A stretch of 58,414 nucleotides of DNA, counting the filler, from Porpidia crustulata (lineage: Eukaryota): NCBI GenBank assembly GCA_964255105.1. It is 6 parts of 6 records of this genome, joined end to end, with 100 filler letters (N's around TTAATTAATTAA, not from the genome) between each part and the next. Parts side by side here need not be neighbours in the genome. Positions count along the whole stretch, not along the records: positions 19,554 to 29,211 come from CAXUWE010000906.1; positions 29,312 to 38,954 come from CAXUWE010000907.1; 4 more parts are not named here. One strand, given 5' to 3'. The first letter of the stretch is position 1, and each line of letters opens with the position of its first letter. A model generated the notes under the pieces. It was not told where the DNA came from. It did no database searches and was given only the letters and a program-made list of their open reading frames with translations. Of this stretch, positions 26,471 to 39,054 are shown piece by piece. A program made the translations under genes and the position numbers.

Positions 26471-28052
26471 ATGAAGCGGTTCATAGGATCAATCGGTAGG
26501 CGAGGGAGTAAGTCATTTTTTCCAGCTGTCCTTGGTATAATATTTAACCAAACATAGGCCAAGAAAGCGAAAAGGCCATTCCCAGCGGAGACTCGCCCGA
26601 AGCAAGCGTTGCACGAGGAGTAGTAGGTGCCACGAACTTTTATAGATTGATTGTAGACTAATCACGGTATTTCTAGAGACTCTTCTGCGAATCTGGCGGT
26701 CCAAACAATTCGGTACGCTCTCGGTTGATCAACACCACAGGTCGTGTGTTCCGTGGCTGACACTTGCTTGGAGGGCGAAGAAGTCTTGCATCTCCCGGTA
26801 ATTGTTGAAGCTGCCGAGTCCAGTCCAGTGGCAGCGCGAGAGGCCGCAAATCGAATACGCAGCTTTCTCTCGAAATCGAACTTCCAAAGAGCCTATGTTC
26901 AGTACAATGCCATAATGCTGGTCAGGATACTGGCGGATAACCCAGGGAAAAGCTTCACAAAGAACCTTGACACAAAATTCGTGGTTACGGTAAAGGAACT
27001 TTTACGGGAGGGAAAAGACATGAGTGTACAACAAATCTTGAGAGAAACGTTGGATACATTCGAGACACAGAAAGCGGAGGACGAAACTCTTACTCCGTTG
27101 CGGGAGATGTGGAAGAAGGAGAAGGAGAAATTTGCCAGAGCTCCCGTCATGGTGAGCGACGTCGAAGAGATAGTTCTTGCTCGAACTGAGTTAACCCACA
27201 TCCCAGCCAATGCCACGGACCGTGAATGCACCTCTCTACAACCCAACTCAGCCTCCACAGAACTACGTCCGAGAACAGAATTATTTCGCGAGGAACCATC
27301 GGCCTTCTGGCTTGCCACCACCACACGAGCTAGCTCAACGAATTGAAGAAGCCAAAACATCTGCGAAATTGTTACTGCAAGTCGTCCAATCCACACCTCC
27401 TAACGAAGTTATCGGAAACGACTTGATCAAAGAATTTGTCGACCGATGCCAATCGGCATCGAGATCAGTACAAAGCTATATTCATTCGGATAACCCTCCC
27501 CCTGACGAGGATACCCTCCTTACGCTTATCGAAACCAACGATCAGCTCGCCAGCGCAATCTCACGACATCAACGTGCTTTGCTTCAAGCAAGACGAGTCA
27601 CTGGTGCCACTCCTACCTCTCCAATCGAGTCCCAAAATAGACAGCCACTCGAAATGCCGATCAATCAGCCTAGGGGACCATCCCCAAGATCCGGTAATGC
27701 GGCTCCCCCAGGCCCACCACCCGCGGCTGGATACACGCCTCCACCAGGCCCACCGGGACTTCCGTCTCGAGACCAAGTGCCCAAAGAAGAGCAGCAAAAT
27801 CCTTTTGACGACCAACATGTTACCGACGCAGCAATAGCCCCTCAACCCCATGATTATGGTATGCCGCCAAGCCTAGGACAAGGAAGCCAAGATCTCGCCC
27901 AGACCGACTCGTATCACTCCGACCATCATGCGCCGGTCAGTTACTCATATCGGCAGGAACCGTATGCGAACCATGTCGATACGCATAGAGGGGTTGAAGC
28001 TGAGCCGCCATCGCCGGAAGAGGCGAGAAAGCCTGTGCAGTATCGATTTTAA
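26471..28052 (+). CDS. VHS-like plus GAT domain endocytic adaptor (Lsb5/TOM1-like)
   Basis: Small 5' exons (MKRFIGSIGRRG..., RLFCESGGPNNS), then GEEVLHLPVIVEAAESSP, QYNAIMLVRILADNPG; GAT segment EEAKTSAKLLLQ...LTLIETNDQLASAISRH; Pro-rich tail with NPF. Confidence 0.8.
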
Positions 28053-29211
28053 ACGGGTCAACGAGCTCAGAGACGTAATTGGAGCAACCCAAGGTATCCC
28101 TTCGAGTGGTGATTGGTGTGCCACCAGATGTATCGGACCTCGTATTTTTGCAGGTATCGAGGGCAAACATTACATGGAATTTAGTCATACGCCGTGACCT
28201 GTACAGGTATTAAGGTTACCTTATACAATATAGAGCCCTATGTATCAGGTGGTACACCGATCACCAATTGAAGGGTTAACTGCCTTTTAGCAGCGTGAGC
28301 GAACAGATTTAGATACCCGTATCGATGGAGTATATAATGATAGATTTATAGTAAAGGTTGTAGGGATTTAATGTTCCGGGGAATTCAAGTCTATATGATC
28401 CAATGGTTCAGAGCAATCGTAATGCCTGAGATCTAATCACTTGCAGATGGGCTTCGATTGGGTGCGGATAGAATGATTAGATTTGTAGATGACAGGAGCA
28501 AAGAATAAGACGAACAGGCGATGCCTCCACTCAGATTTGAACTAAGGACCTTCGCATTACAAGTGCGACGCGCTACCCCTACGCCATAGAGGCCGTGTTA
28601 AATTTGCGGCTATCATGATTTATATACAATATAATTTACCCGTAACATCTATGACATTGGTTCGCGCTGCTACAAATCCCTTCGTCTTCGCACAAGAGCT
28701 CTAATAATCCTTAAAAAATCATATCATTTGCCACCGATCATGTCGATCCCGACAGGCCCGATTACGCAGGCCTTTACCCCCACACTCACATTTCGTACGA
28801 AGACAAGCAGCTTTGGAGGGACAGCTCAATCGTCACCCCTCGCCACACATGCGTCAACGGAGCGATGTGCGTGCCGACTGAAGCGGTTTTGTATTCTAGG
28901 CTCCAGCCATTGATATTTTATTAATGGAAAGAGTCAGGACCTTGATGATTTCATTACTGCTGCCATGCTGCTTCGGCGCGCTGTGAGACGTGCAAAAAGT
29001 CCGAAGATGCACTACGTCAGTGTCTTGATCTTTGTCGTCATTGACTGTTAATCGGCTCGAGTGCAGTCGTGTTTCTCTGCTTTGATTGTTTACTATTTCA
29101 TAACCATCGATGCTTCCCTCTCGCTGTTTATATCTCATTTCAAAAAAAAACTTCCCACTCGCACCGCTAGATCTCTACTATCCAACCCCATCTCCATCTC
29201 CACCACCAAAC

Positions 29212-29311
29212 NNNNNNNNNNNNNNNNNNNNNNNNNNNNNNNNNNNNNNNNNNNNTTAATTAATTAANNNNNNNNNNNNNNNNNNNNNNNNNNNNNNNNN
29301 NNNNNNNNNNN
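29212..29311. other. Artificial contig linker
   Basis: N44-TTAATTAATTAA-N44. Confidence 0.98.
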
Positions 29312-31504
29312 GTCGTGGGGGGAGAGGGGTTAGCTGCGGGTTGGTGGAGGCGGTGGTGGGTGTTGCCCGCCCTGAGGAACTATTGTTGTTTTGAAGGGGT
29401 GTTGACAGTAGGGTATGATGAGACTGGATGACATGGATGGGAAGATGTGACATGGTCGAATTGGAATAAATGGGACCTCCCTCAATGACAGGATTTCCTC
29501 CGATCATAGGTTCTCTCTCGGGTGACATTTTCCCTTCGGCGGCAAGTTTTTCCCTAATGGCATGGTCGGATCCTCCATCGACTAAAAGCTCTCCTCTTAT
29601 TGAAAGTTCTGAAAGCCTTTCGTCAACCGTAGGTGGTGGAAGAGGGAGCTCACGAGCATTTGTTAAGGATTGATGGTTTGGCAACTTATCGGCACCAGGT
29701 GAAAACGCCATGTTATTGGGATTGCTATCAAGCATCTCCTCAGGCTTATCAAAATGTAGTTGGACCTCTGGAGTAGCTTCTGGCTCTTCTGACTCTTCTG
29801 GCTTTTCTTGTTGAGTGACTTTCGAGTCTTGAAGTTGAAGGGGATTTTGATCATCGTTTTGAGCAGAGTTTGAATCCTCTATGACAATTTCTCCCAAGTC
29901 TCTGACCGTTGTAACCTCCGAAGTTTCGACTAGAACATCCTCCTCCACCACTATCCCTAAATTGCTGGAAGTGATAGTACCAGGAGGTAGAGACACAATG
30001 TCTGTTCGCTGCGGCAGTGCCAATGACATTCTTGACAGATTAGGAACAGATTCGTTCTGGGTAGCGAAGGCACGGCGCTTCACCGTAGAATTCCGAAGAG
30101 ACTTCATTTTGTGGTCCAGATCTGCAGAAATCCACCCGAGGGCACGTTTGAAGCTCATAGCAGTTTTGTGGTCTGAGAACTGTATGACCTCAGGAACCGC
30201 CCACAGCGAATATAGTGACTGATGGCAACCACTGACTACAAATTGTCCATGACGTTCTATGAAATTGTAGCAAAGATAACAGCATTGCTTATTGCATCCG
30301 ATATAATGACCATAGGGCTTGAGGTTAGGATACTCTTCGTAGAAGATTATGATTTGAATCTCGGCGTGGGCGCGGTATTTAGGCCAGTGTCCAATCATGC
30401 CTTGAAGCTCATTCTTTTGAGCTCTAGTAAAAGACCCACCCCCCTGTCTCATCAATTGATCCGCTCTACAATCTGCCAGCTCCGGGACCTGGATATGCAT
30501 AGCGGGTACAGTTTGTAAGTTGATGACTTGACCACGCTTCAAGAATCCGACGGCGGCAGAGGAAAGAGTGACTGCGCATCTATAGAATTTAGAGATTTGC
30601 CCGATTCGGTGAATTATACCAGCTGAAAGGGCACTACGCTGATCCCTTGGCCGAACGAGATTTTTTTGTATCGAGCGGCTAAATGAGCTAGACCGGCGAA
30701 CATCATAAGCTAGCCTGACGAGAGATTCCAAATCGTAGCGCTCTGTAGAATTTCCGAGAGCTGCTACGTAGCAGGTGAGTTGTCTTAGACGTCTGAGGCG
30801 GTCCTTACATACCTGGACGTAGAATTCGCGCGTTGCGTTGCAATATTGTCCTAGCGACTTGATATCTTGCGAGGATTCAGTATTGGTATCGCAAGATACA
30901 AATTCTGGGCTCTCAAGAGTCTGCCCATCTCGGCTATGCACGTATTGGAGCGTTTTCTCCAAACGCCAAATGTGCTTCAGGAGCCGACTTTTGCATCTGT
31001 CCAGGATCCTAGATAAAATCTCATCTCGTCCATGGTCAGGGTCAAATTCTATCTCCTCGAAAAAACAATTAGCGAAGACTTAGCAATGATGAGACACAGG
31101 AAGTATCAAGGCATCTCGCGGAGTACAGACGAACCATTTGGTGTAATTCCACTCATTGCCCTTATAATACCCTCCAAATAGCAAAGAGTATCTACGTTAA
31201 AGCCAGCATTTCTTGCTACTCGTATCGTCACGACCCTCTGTCCGGATTCGATCTCCATACATGCTGCAGACACATTTCCAGGCCCCCCTGCCCCAGAAGC
31301 CACGAGAGCAAAGTCATCAAGAAAGCCTGGCACCCACGTAGATGCACTTTCGCCGTTTTGAGCATCGGAAATTCCTGATTCCTCCGAAAGTACCACAGGC
31401 TTCTTCACTGGCGATCCTTGAGAGCGATGTTTTACATCCAAAAGTATTGCGTTTTCAAAGAAAGGCCGCCTGGCAATGTCATCCCAGACATGAACTTGAG
31501 GCAT
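29312..31504 (-). CDS. OTT_1508-like nucleic acid deaminase; 3' end truncated at the contig edge
   Basis: Zn-deaminase motifs RAHAEIQI and YIGCNKQCCYLC, followed by GCHQSLYSLW; N-terminal FLDDFALVAS...VSAACME...IRVARNAG; one intron near 31130-31060. Confidence 0.85.
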
Positions 31505-32652
31505 CACCCCAGATATGCATGGGATGAACGAGTATCATAACGGTGGCTAAGAGCTTCTCGAGTCCAAGAAGTAACGAATTCAAGGAGTCAAATTAGAGAT
31601 ATCCGTGTATTCACTCTTGAGCGGCTCTTTTCAGCCTCCACTGTATCTTCGAATTGCACTTCTCGCTGTTGACTGAATGAGCATTTTACTGTAGACCGGT
31701 AATCTGCAGGATACCCAACTCTTTTTGAATTCATCCATGTCTGGCGCTGCAGGCATCGAGCACAGGACCGGCTTGGTAACCACTCAATGGCACGCATTGA
31801 GTGACTTTTTCAGGTTGCGCGCAGCGCAAGTCCGCCTCAGTATCCCGCACGTAGCCGTACATATCTGCTGTGGAACATAAGGCTTATCACAAAAAAAAAG
31901 CCTCTCCAGATCAATGATAGGTATTACAAACAATAGCGTCCTGTCCTTGTAGTCGTCTTGTAGATAAAATAGTGTGCTTATTTAATAGTTCACACTAAGG
32001 TAACCTTCAAAGGGCCAGTTTTTCTAGCCATTGCCGTACCCTACACCTTAACGTGCAATCCCAATCATCAAGAAAATTCATCTTCAGAATTGCTAGCTGC
32101 CTAATCTAGATATTCTCTAGACAGGGAATATTGTGATATTTCCCACGATCAAAAAGAATCTCAACATCGACTTTGTAATTGTGAATGCAGTTCATCTTCT
32201 TATTTTCTTGAAGTCGAGCACCAGAGTGAGCTGCGCACTCTCTACATGGCGGCCAAGATTGACAGAAAGAGCACATCGTCAAATGTAAATTAGCGTCGAT
32301 AAAGTCATTTAGAATATGTGCCAAGCGACAGATATCATCGTACTGTCAACCTTTCATGCCGCTTTGCTGAGCTATAAACATCCTTTGCCGTGTCAAACTT
32401 GTGCCAACAGAGAACAGAGAGGGCAATTTGTTCGGCCGGGAAACTTGCAGTGATCAATGGTCTCGTGAAGACCAAATTTTCATGGGATTGAATGCTAGCT
32501 ATTTAAAATAACAGTTGCCAGAAAACACTGATAATGAATTCAAGCTAGTTGTCCCCACTGCCAATCGATCTATGAGGTATTATGATCTCCTAAACACCGT
32601 TGAAGCCCTTTCCACTGTCCTCTTCGCTCATCAACATCAGGACCTCTCCGTC

Positions 32653-33344
32653 TTACTTGTTCCCGGTCTTCTCCTTCGCCACCTCCTTTGTTTGCTCAGT
32701 CTTTTGAGCCAAGAAATTGCTCAACCAGGCCAGGCTATCACTCGTGACTACGAGGCCGGTCGTAATCATTGCTTTGCCACCTGAAACTAACCCGGCACCA
32801 CCGCACTTCTTGTACTCGCTCGAATAGGTCTCGGAAACATAGTTCTTTCCATCACCAGCTAGTCGCAGAGGCATAAACGCGAAGTCCAATATGGTTCCGT
32901 ATACCTTCTTGGAGTCCTCCTTGACGATTGGAAAGGTGGCGTCAACCTTGTTCAGCCCGGTATCGGCAATCTCATCAGCTTTGGCGACGTAAGGCTTGAC
33001 GAGCGAGTAGGGGCGTTGGGCGTAGGGGACGAAGGGAGCAACGACGTGAGTGTAGGTATTGTCGGCTATGGCGATGGATTTTTGGCCATATGGGTTCGAT
33101 TTGAATGTGGAGATGGAATCGGAGACGACAGGGTACGAGTGCAGATGCTATTTAAGATTGTTAGCAAGAAGTAACAAGCTCAGTAGCCAACTTCGAGAAC
33201 TTTGGAGATATCATTAGATCAAGGGGGTCATGGGGATCACAATGGGTGACGACAAGGTGTGGATCGTGTACAACTTACAGATAAGGTTTTGGACGATGGT
33301 GTATCACCGTTGACCATGTCACCGTTTGACTGAGCGTGCGGCAT
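32653..33344 (-). CDS. Perilipin-like lipid droplet protein (CAP20/MPL1 family)
   Basis: Exons 33344-33279 and 33147-32653: MPHAQSNGDMVNGDTPSSKTLS|HLHSYPVVSDSISTFKSNPYGQKSI...PYVAKADEIADTGLNKVDATFPIVKED. Confidence 0.88.
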
Positions 33345-34317
33345 GTTGGTAACTTGGATGGAGGATTGATTCTAAGCTCAGCAGCCGATGTAGTGGAGGT
33401 GTCTAAAAAGTTGACTTGGTTTCGAAGCTTGATGGGATTGTGATTTGTGGTCTGGTGATTGAATCTGAAATGAAATGATTTTCAGATATTTGAGGGGAGG
33501 AGGGAGAGGGAGAGGGGAATCTTTTTGATGGATATCAGTAATCGTTAGTGTTGAGGCGCCAACAGCAACTACGACCGACGCATGTGAAAACCAAGCTTAG
33601 GCAGTTCACCTACCTACTGTGCTGCACACCACAAAGCTTGCTAGCTCCGTCAATGTTCCTTGAAGCTAGAATACTAGCCACTGATGCAGTCTAGCAGGAC
33701 TGATAGAGTTTGGCAGTTGCGACTTGTCGTGGGGAATAAGATTGGGAGCTGTTGAGACTCTGGACCCTTGGATATTAGAAATCGACCAACCCGGGATTTG
33801 ACATGTGAATATCAAAATAAACCCTGCAAGTCACAGCTCCATTGCAGCTTCGATGCTGCTGCACTGATAAATACTATGTAGTACGTTAGGGATGCCACAA
33901 TCACATTTGGGTATTGACATTCTGATGAGCGGTCATTTACGTATGCTAGCCGGAAGCATGTTGCGGCCTTTCTCCTCTCTCCTTTCTCACATGTCTTATC
34001 TGTGCAATCGCATGTTTTACGCCATGACCTCCCATCTTCCATTGAACGCGTTTGCCTTTCCCATTTCCCATTTCCCACTTCCCACCTTGTGTGACCCTGC
34101 TGTCATTCCGTCGCCCTGCGTACTCTGATAAGGCCATTGCTAAAGCTGGTTCGCTGAACGCTGATAAATCTTGCCTTTTTTTCCCCCAACTTTACGCCAC
34201 ACAGTAAAAGTGGATACATGACATAATTCGACATAATTTGATACAATCTGACATGTGAACGTCTTGCTTGAGGCTTGAGCCGCCTATTTGGGCTCTGGCA
34301 CTTTCTCGCTTGCTGGG

Positions 34318-34560
34318 CACGTGGGTCACAGAAAAAGCCGGACGCACAAATCGATTCCTCGCCCACATGATCAAGTTTACTACTGAATCTTGAAAGTCAT
34401 ACGCTCACGAAATTCTATTGCACTCGCCTTCAACAGTATTCGATGTATTATGTTACTTAAGGCTCAGTCTCATGTTGTTATCTACAAAACTTCAGTGATA
34501 TAATCGAAGATATTGGTGGGGGATCAATTTGTGCGTCCGGCTTTTTCTGTCATCCGCGTG
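34318..34560. mobile_element. Non-autonomous TIR element (MITE), 243 bp, CAC...GTG termini, 5-bp TSD CTGGG
   Basis: Left end CACGTGGGTCACAGAAAAAGCCGGACGCACAAATCGATTCC; right end reverse complement CACGCGGATGACAGAAAAAGCCGGACGCACAAATTGATCCC; 24-bp perfect core (34328-34351 / 34527-34550); CTGGG at 34313-34317 and 34561-34565. Confidence 0.8.
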
Positions 34561-35135
34561 CTGGGGTGCATGTCAAGCTCAACCAATTGATATTCTGGAA
34601 TGGTTCGAGACGTTGGTGTTAATCAATGGTTAAGGCATAGTTAAACCCTTGAAAAGTAAATTATGGCATAACTAGTAGTTAAATCAGTTATAGGAATATG
34701 AATCAGCGAGACGCCACTATCCGTAAAGCAAGGACTAGTAAGTTTATGATACTCAGACCACAGACTGGCTATTGAGATCGCGTAAGACACTAGCAGCATC
34801 TGAGCACATCTTAGTACACTGACTGGGAATTTAACAAGTCTTGGGAGGAGCAAAAGGGTGCTCTTGGAGTAAATCGGTTGATTGACTGCTCGCGGTCTCA
34901 GCTCCTCGGCAACCCTGTCAAATGTCTAGGAGTAGGTATACGAGCGTAGAAGGCACGTAAGAGAACGGAGAAAACGGAGAGAACACCTTCAAGCATCGAC
35001 CATTCACTACCCGGATCTAAGCGTTCAGGGAGCTGTTACTTCGATTAAATCATGCCCTTTGAAACCATGGGATCTCTTCCCCACGGCCCTGGAGCTTGCT
35101 AAAAATCAACGCCATGTCGCTATATATCAACCTGA

Positions 35136-36466
35136 TCATTCCAGCATTGATGCTTGGTTAGTATATAGTACATCGACCACACTACCCAACTTTTCAATTG
35201 TCTCCAATGCTGCGTCGTATCCTTGATCTCTCTCGACCTCATCGTACACAATCAGACATCCGGCGCCTTGATCCAAGACCCCGATAATCACCTTGTCCAG
35301 GATCATCTGTGACAGCTTTCTCTCAACTTGCTGCGTGTCAAGTCCTACCATCTTTGCAATGTGTGTTATCTCTACCTTGCTGAATGGCTCTATAACCTTG
35401 ATAAGGTTTTGCTCTAGCATAGCGTCATACAATCTCCGGAGATGGTTCCTTATAAATGAATCTCCACCTAGCTCCTGCTTGTAATTGACCAGCGCATACT
35501 CGTAATCTTCTAGACTCCGATTGGAGTGTGCACGAGCGACAGCCTTCATGGCCTCCAGATTTTTGCCAGAATACTTCATAGCTTGTTTCGACGTCATGAG
35601 ATTGTTGACGTCGTCCCCCAAGTTCTGCATAATCTTGCATAAAAGCATATATTGAAGTGCAGAGGTTGCTTTTTGAGGCTCTTCCTGTGAGTGGTAGCCT
35701 TCTAGCGCTTCGATGAAGTAGGAAAAAGCAGTGTTAAAGTCCTGATCCTCGGCGTGCAATATACCGGATTGCATGTCCAGTCCTGCTTGCAGTAGCGGCG
35801 GAGTATATACAGAGGCTGCTGAGGTTCGGGCAGACGTCAGAGCGGCGCGTGCTTTCGGTTGGTTACCGAGAGCATGGTAAACCCGGGATTCGAGCAGTTG
35901 AACTTCGACAAGCACTAGCTTATCGTCCAGTCTCTTGAGTTCTTTGAGGAGGCCATTGATAAGTGTAAGGGCTTTGTAGTAGTCTTGCTTCTGCATGTAA
36001 AGCGAAACGAGACGGGTTTCGAGATTTTGGCGAAGAAAGCCACGACGTTCCGAAACTGCCCAATCTATACATGATTTGGTAACGGATATTTGGATATCGA
36101 TTGTATTTGGAATGGGGGTAAAGAGGTCAAGCAGTTGTCGGACTAGGTATATCTGGTCAAAGACGTTCACGTTATTACACATAGAATAAAATGCATACCT
36201 AATTTCGCGGTCTTCGCTTTCGCAAAGGAAGAGAGCGTCGATCTGCTCGTAGTAACGAGCTTTGCGAGCTCATTTACATTTCCTTGATCCCGGTATATCT
36301 CACCCAGTCCCATCAAAGCTGTCTCATATTCTCGTAAAGCTGATTCACCGGATCCGGGTCCTTTGGATAGGATCTCTTTGTAGATAGCTTCAGCTTTCGG
36401 TGGATCACTCTTAGCTAGCTTCTGTGCCTCCTGTGTCCGTTTCGATTTTACAGGCTCAGGTGCCAT
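35136..36466 (-). CDS. RPN6: 26S proteasome lid subunit Rpn6 (PSMD11)
   Basis: Two exons; FAKAKTAKL|VRQLLD, FLRQNLETRL, LLKELKRLDDK, ALTSARTSAASVY, PCI domain LLEQNL-type segment and VERKLSQMILDK. Confidence 0.96.
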
Positions 36467-36714
36467 GATAGCGGTTGATTAAAGATATGTCTGGTAGGAG
36501 TCCGCAACTGGGTATCAGTCTTGCAAATGTGATCGATTATAAGTTAATGTCCCTCGGTCTGAAGCTCGAGGCGCTAAAAGCGCTGCTTTCCGGGGAAACA
36601 TTCGAGCGATGCCGACAAATTTCTCCCCCACACCCCCGTCACATTTTTGATGTACGAAATTTCGATGTCCGGAGTAATTTGAAGCGCACTGCCTGCCTCA
36701 CGGCGTGATTCAAA
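36467..36714. promoter_or_regulatory. Short divergent intergenic region, probable bidirectional promoter of RPN6 and SOF1
   Basis: Head-to-head start codons 248 bp apart. Confidence 0.55.
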
Positions 36715-38113
36715 ATGGTACGTCTACCCTGCGACTAAGCTACCCCCCTGTTTAAGATCCTATCTAACTACTATCTAGAAAGTCAAAGCTCTCACCCGTC
36801 CAACTGCTTCCCACCAAACTCCTGGGTCGAGTGTTGCCCGTCAGCCGCGCAACCTGGACCCAGCTTTACATCCCTTTGAAAGAGCGAGAGAATACACCAG
36901 AGCGCTCAATGCTACAAAGCTTGAAAGGATGTTTGCGGCGCCGTTCATTGCGCAGCTCGGAAGGGGACATGTCGACGGAGTATATGCCATGGCCAAAGAC
37001 CCGGAGTCGCTACAACGATTTGCCAGTGGTAGTGGAGACGGTGTCGTCAAGGTCTGGGATTTGACAGACAGAGATGAGACCTGGAATGTACAAGCACACG
37101 AAGTGATTGTAAAAGGCATGTGCTGGACAAGAGACCAGAAGCTTCTTACTTGTGCAAGCGACAAATCCATTAAATTGTTTGATCCATACAATACCCCGTC
37201 AGGCACTGCGCCCATAGCTACGTACCTAGGCCAAACGGCCTATACCGGTGTTTCGCATCATCGCACACTTCCGAACTTTGCTGCATCCTCCAGTGTCATC
37301 TCCATCTATGATCTTTCACGCTCGGCTGCTGTGGCACTTCAAACGCTCCATTGGCCTACTTCTACCGATACCATTAATACTGTGGCTTTCAATCAAACCG
37401 AAACCTCCATTCTAGCATCCTGCGCCACAGATCGTTCAATAGTGCTATATGATCTTCGGACTTCTTCGCCTTTATCAAAGGTTACCCTTGGCCTCGCGTC
37501 AAATGCTATTTCGTGGAATCCAATGGAAGCTTTCAATTTTGCGGTAGCAAATGAAGACCATAATATATACGTCTTTGATATGCGAAAGCTCAATAGGGCC
37601 TTGAATGTTTTGAAGGACCATGTATCTGCAGTTATGGATATCGAGTTTAGCCCGACTGGACAAGAACTTGTCAGCGCTTCCTATGATCGAACAGTCCGAA
37701 TTTGGGATCGAGCAAGTGGCCACTCAAAGGACATCTATCATACAAAGAGAATGCAAAGAGTCTTTTCTGCAAAATTCACCCCTGACTCTCATTACGTCCT
37801 TTCTGGATCTGACGACGGAAATATTAGACTATGGCGCGCCAATGCCGCACAACGAGCGGGGATCAAATCTGCCCGCCAGCGTCAGAAACTAGAGTACGAC
37901 GAAGCCCTCAAGGAGAGGTACAAGCACATGCCCGAAATTCGAAGAATCAAGCGACATAGACATGTACCGAAGACCGTCAAGAAGGCTGGAGAGATCAAGG
38001 CCGAGGAGCTAGCTGCCATCAAACGACGGCACGAGAACGAGAGGAAGCATAGCAAGAAGGGTTCCGTACCGCGACGTAGTGAACGAGAGAAAATGGTTCT
38101 TGGAACGGAGTAG
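36715..38113 (+). CDS. SOF1: SSU processome WD40 protein Sof1 (DCAF13)
   Basis: ATG|gtacgt...ctaac...tag|KVKALTRP...LHPFERAREYTRALNATKLERMFAAPF; WD repeats; NAISWNPMEAFNF, YHTKRMQRVF, SGSDDGNIRLWRA, IRRIKRHRHVPK. Confidence 0.96.
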
Positions 38114-38954
38114 TCACTCTATTGGATATTTGCGTAAAACGGATCAAATTCGCGAAGAAAATCGCTTGAAACAATCAAGATTACACCCCAATCCGACCGT
38201 TGGTCGCCCCTGCAGCAGTAATCAATCACTCTCGTCCGTTTGCACCTTTGCACGGTACGTACATGCTTTTCTATCCGACCGTGCAGAAGTCAATCAAAGT
38301 CCCCTGACGTCGAAATCATAGACTATATGAGGAGCCAGTCCTACAGTTACTCGATACAAAGTACAAACTAATACGATCTTGTTAACAGGCCACTATCTGC
38401 CAAATTGCACTATTCCGAGCCTTGGCTCTGTGAGTAGCATAGTTTAGCATGAGGCCTGAGCATCCCACTTTAGACACAGAGCGGATTGCCTTGTATCACG
38501 TTCGAACTCAATTGCCCTATGTGTGAGATGGTAGTGTGATAAAACGGACTAGTCCTCCCATGACCACAAAGACCAGAGTCAATTGATAAACAGGTCTGAC
38601 GGGAAGTCAGGACCTACCGGCGATTCAAAGCAGTGGCTGAGACGATAGATCGAACGAATATCATACCGCATGAACGCGTTCAATCGAGAAAAGAATACAG
38701 CCCTTAATCCGACGCCCTCGGCGCAGCGGAAGTAGTTGTTAGAACGTACGTTGGCATGGTGCAAATATACTCTGAAGCCCCCTACAAGCGCAGCCACTCC
38801 ACAAGGCAATCTCCATCTCCACAAAAGAATCATTATCCTGTGTCAGTAAAGCACAACATCCTTTCTACCCACCCCCAACATCTCCTCCCTGATCTTACTA
38901 CTGCCCACCGAAACAACATCATCCCCACCCCGTCACATCCACATACATCCCCTT

Positions 38955-39054
38955 NNNNNNNNNNNNNNNNNNNNNNNNNNNNNNNNNNNNNNNNNNNNTT
39001 AATTAATTAANNNNNNNNNNNNNNNNNNNNNNNNNNNNNNNNNNNNNNNNNNNN
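38955..39054. other. Artificial contig linker
   Basis: N44-TTAATTAATTAA-N44. Confidence 0.98.

Noticed and set aside
22201..31504. Deaminase near TAG-interrupted AAA/NACHT-like genes as a linked editor-target locus
   Set aside because: A linker at 29212-29311 separates them and the contigs are ordered by size, so proximity is not evidence. Only a trans hypothesis remains.
8271..38113. Genome-wide reassignment of TAG to an amino acid
   Set aside because: Histone H1, the OSCA channel, the SDR and SOF1 all end at TAG at plausible C-termini.
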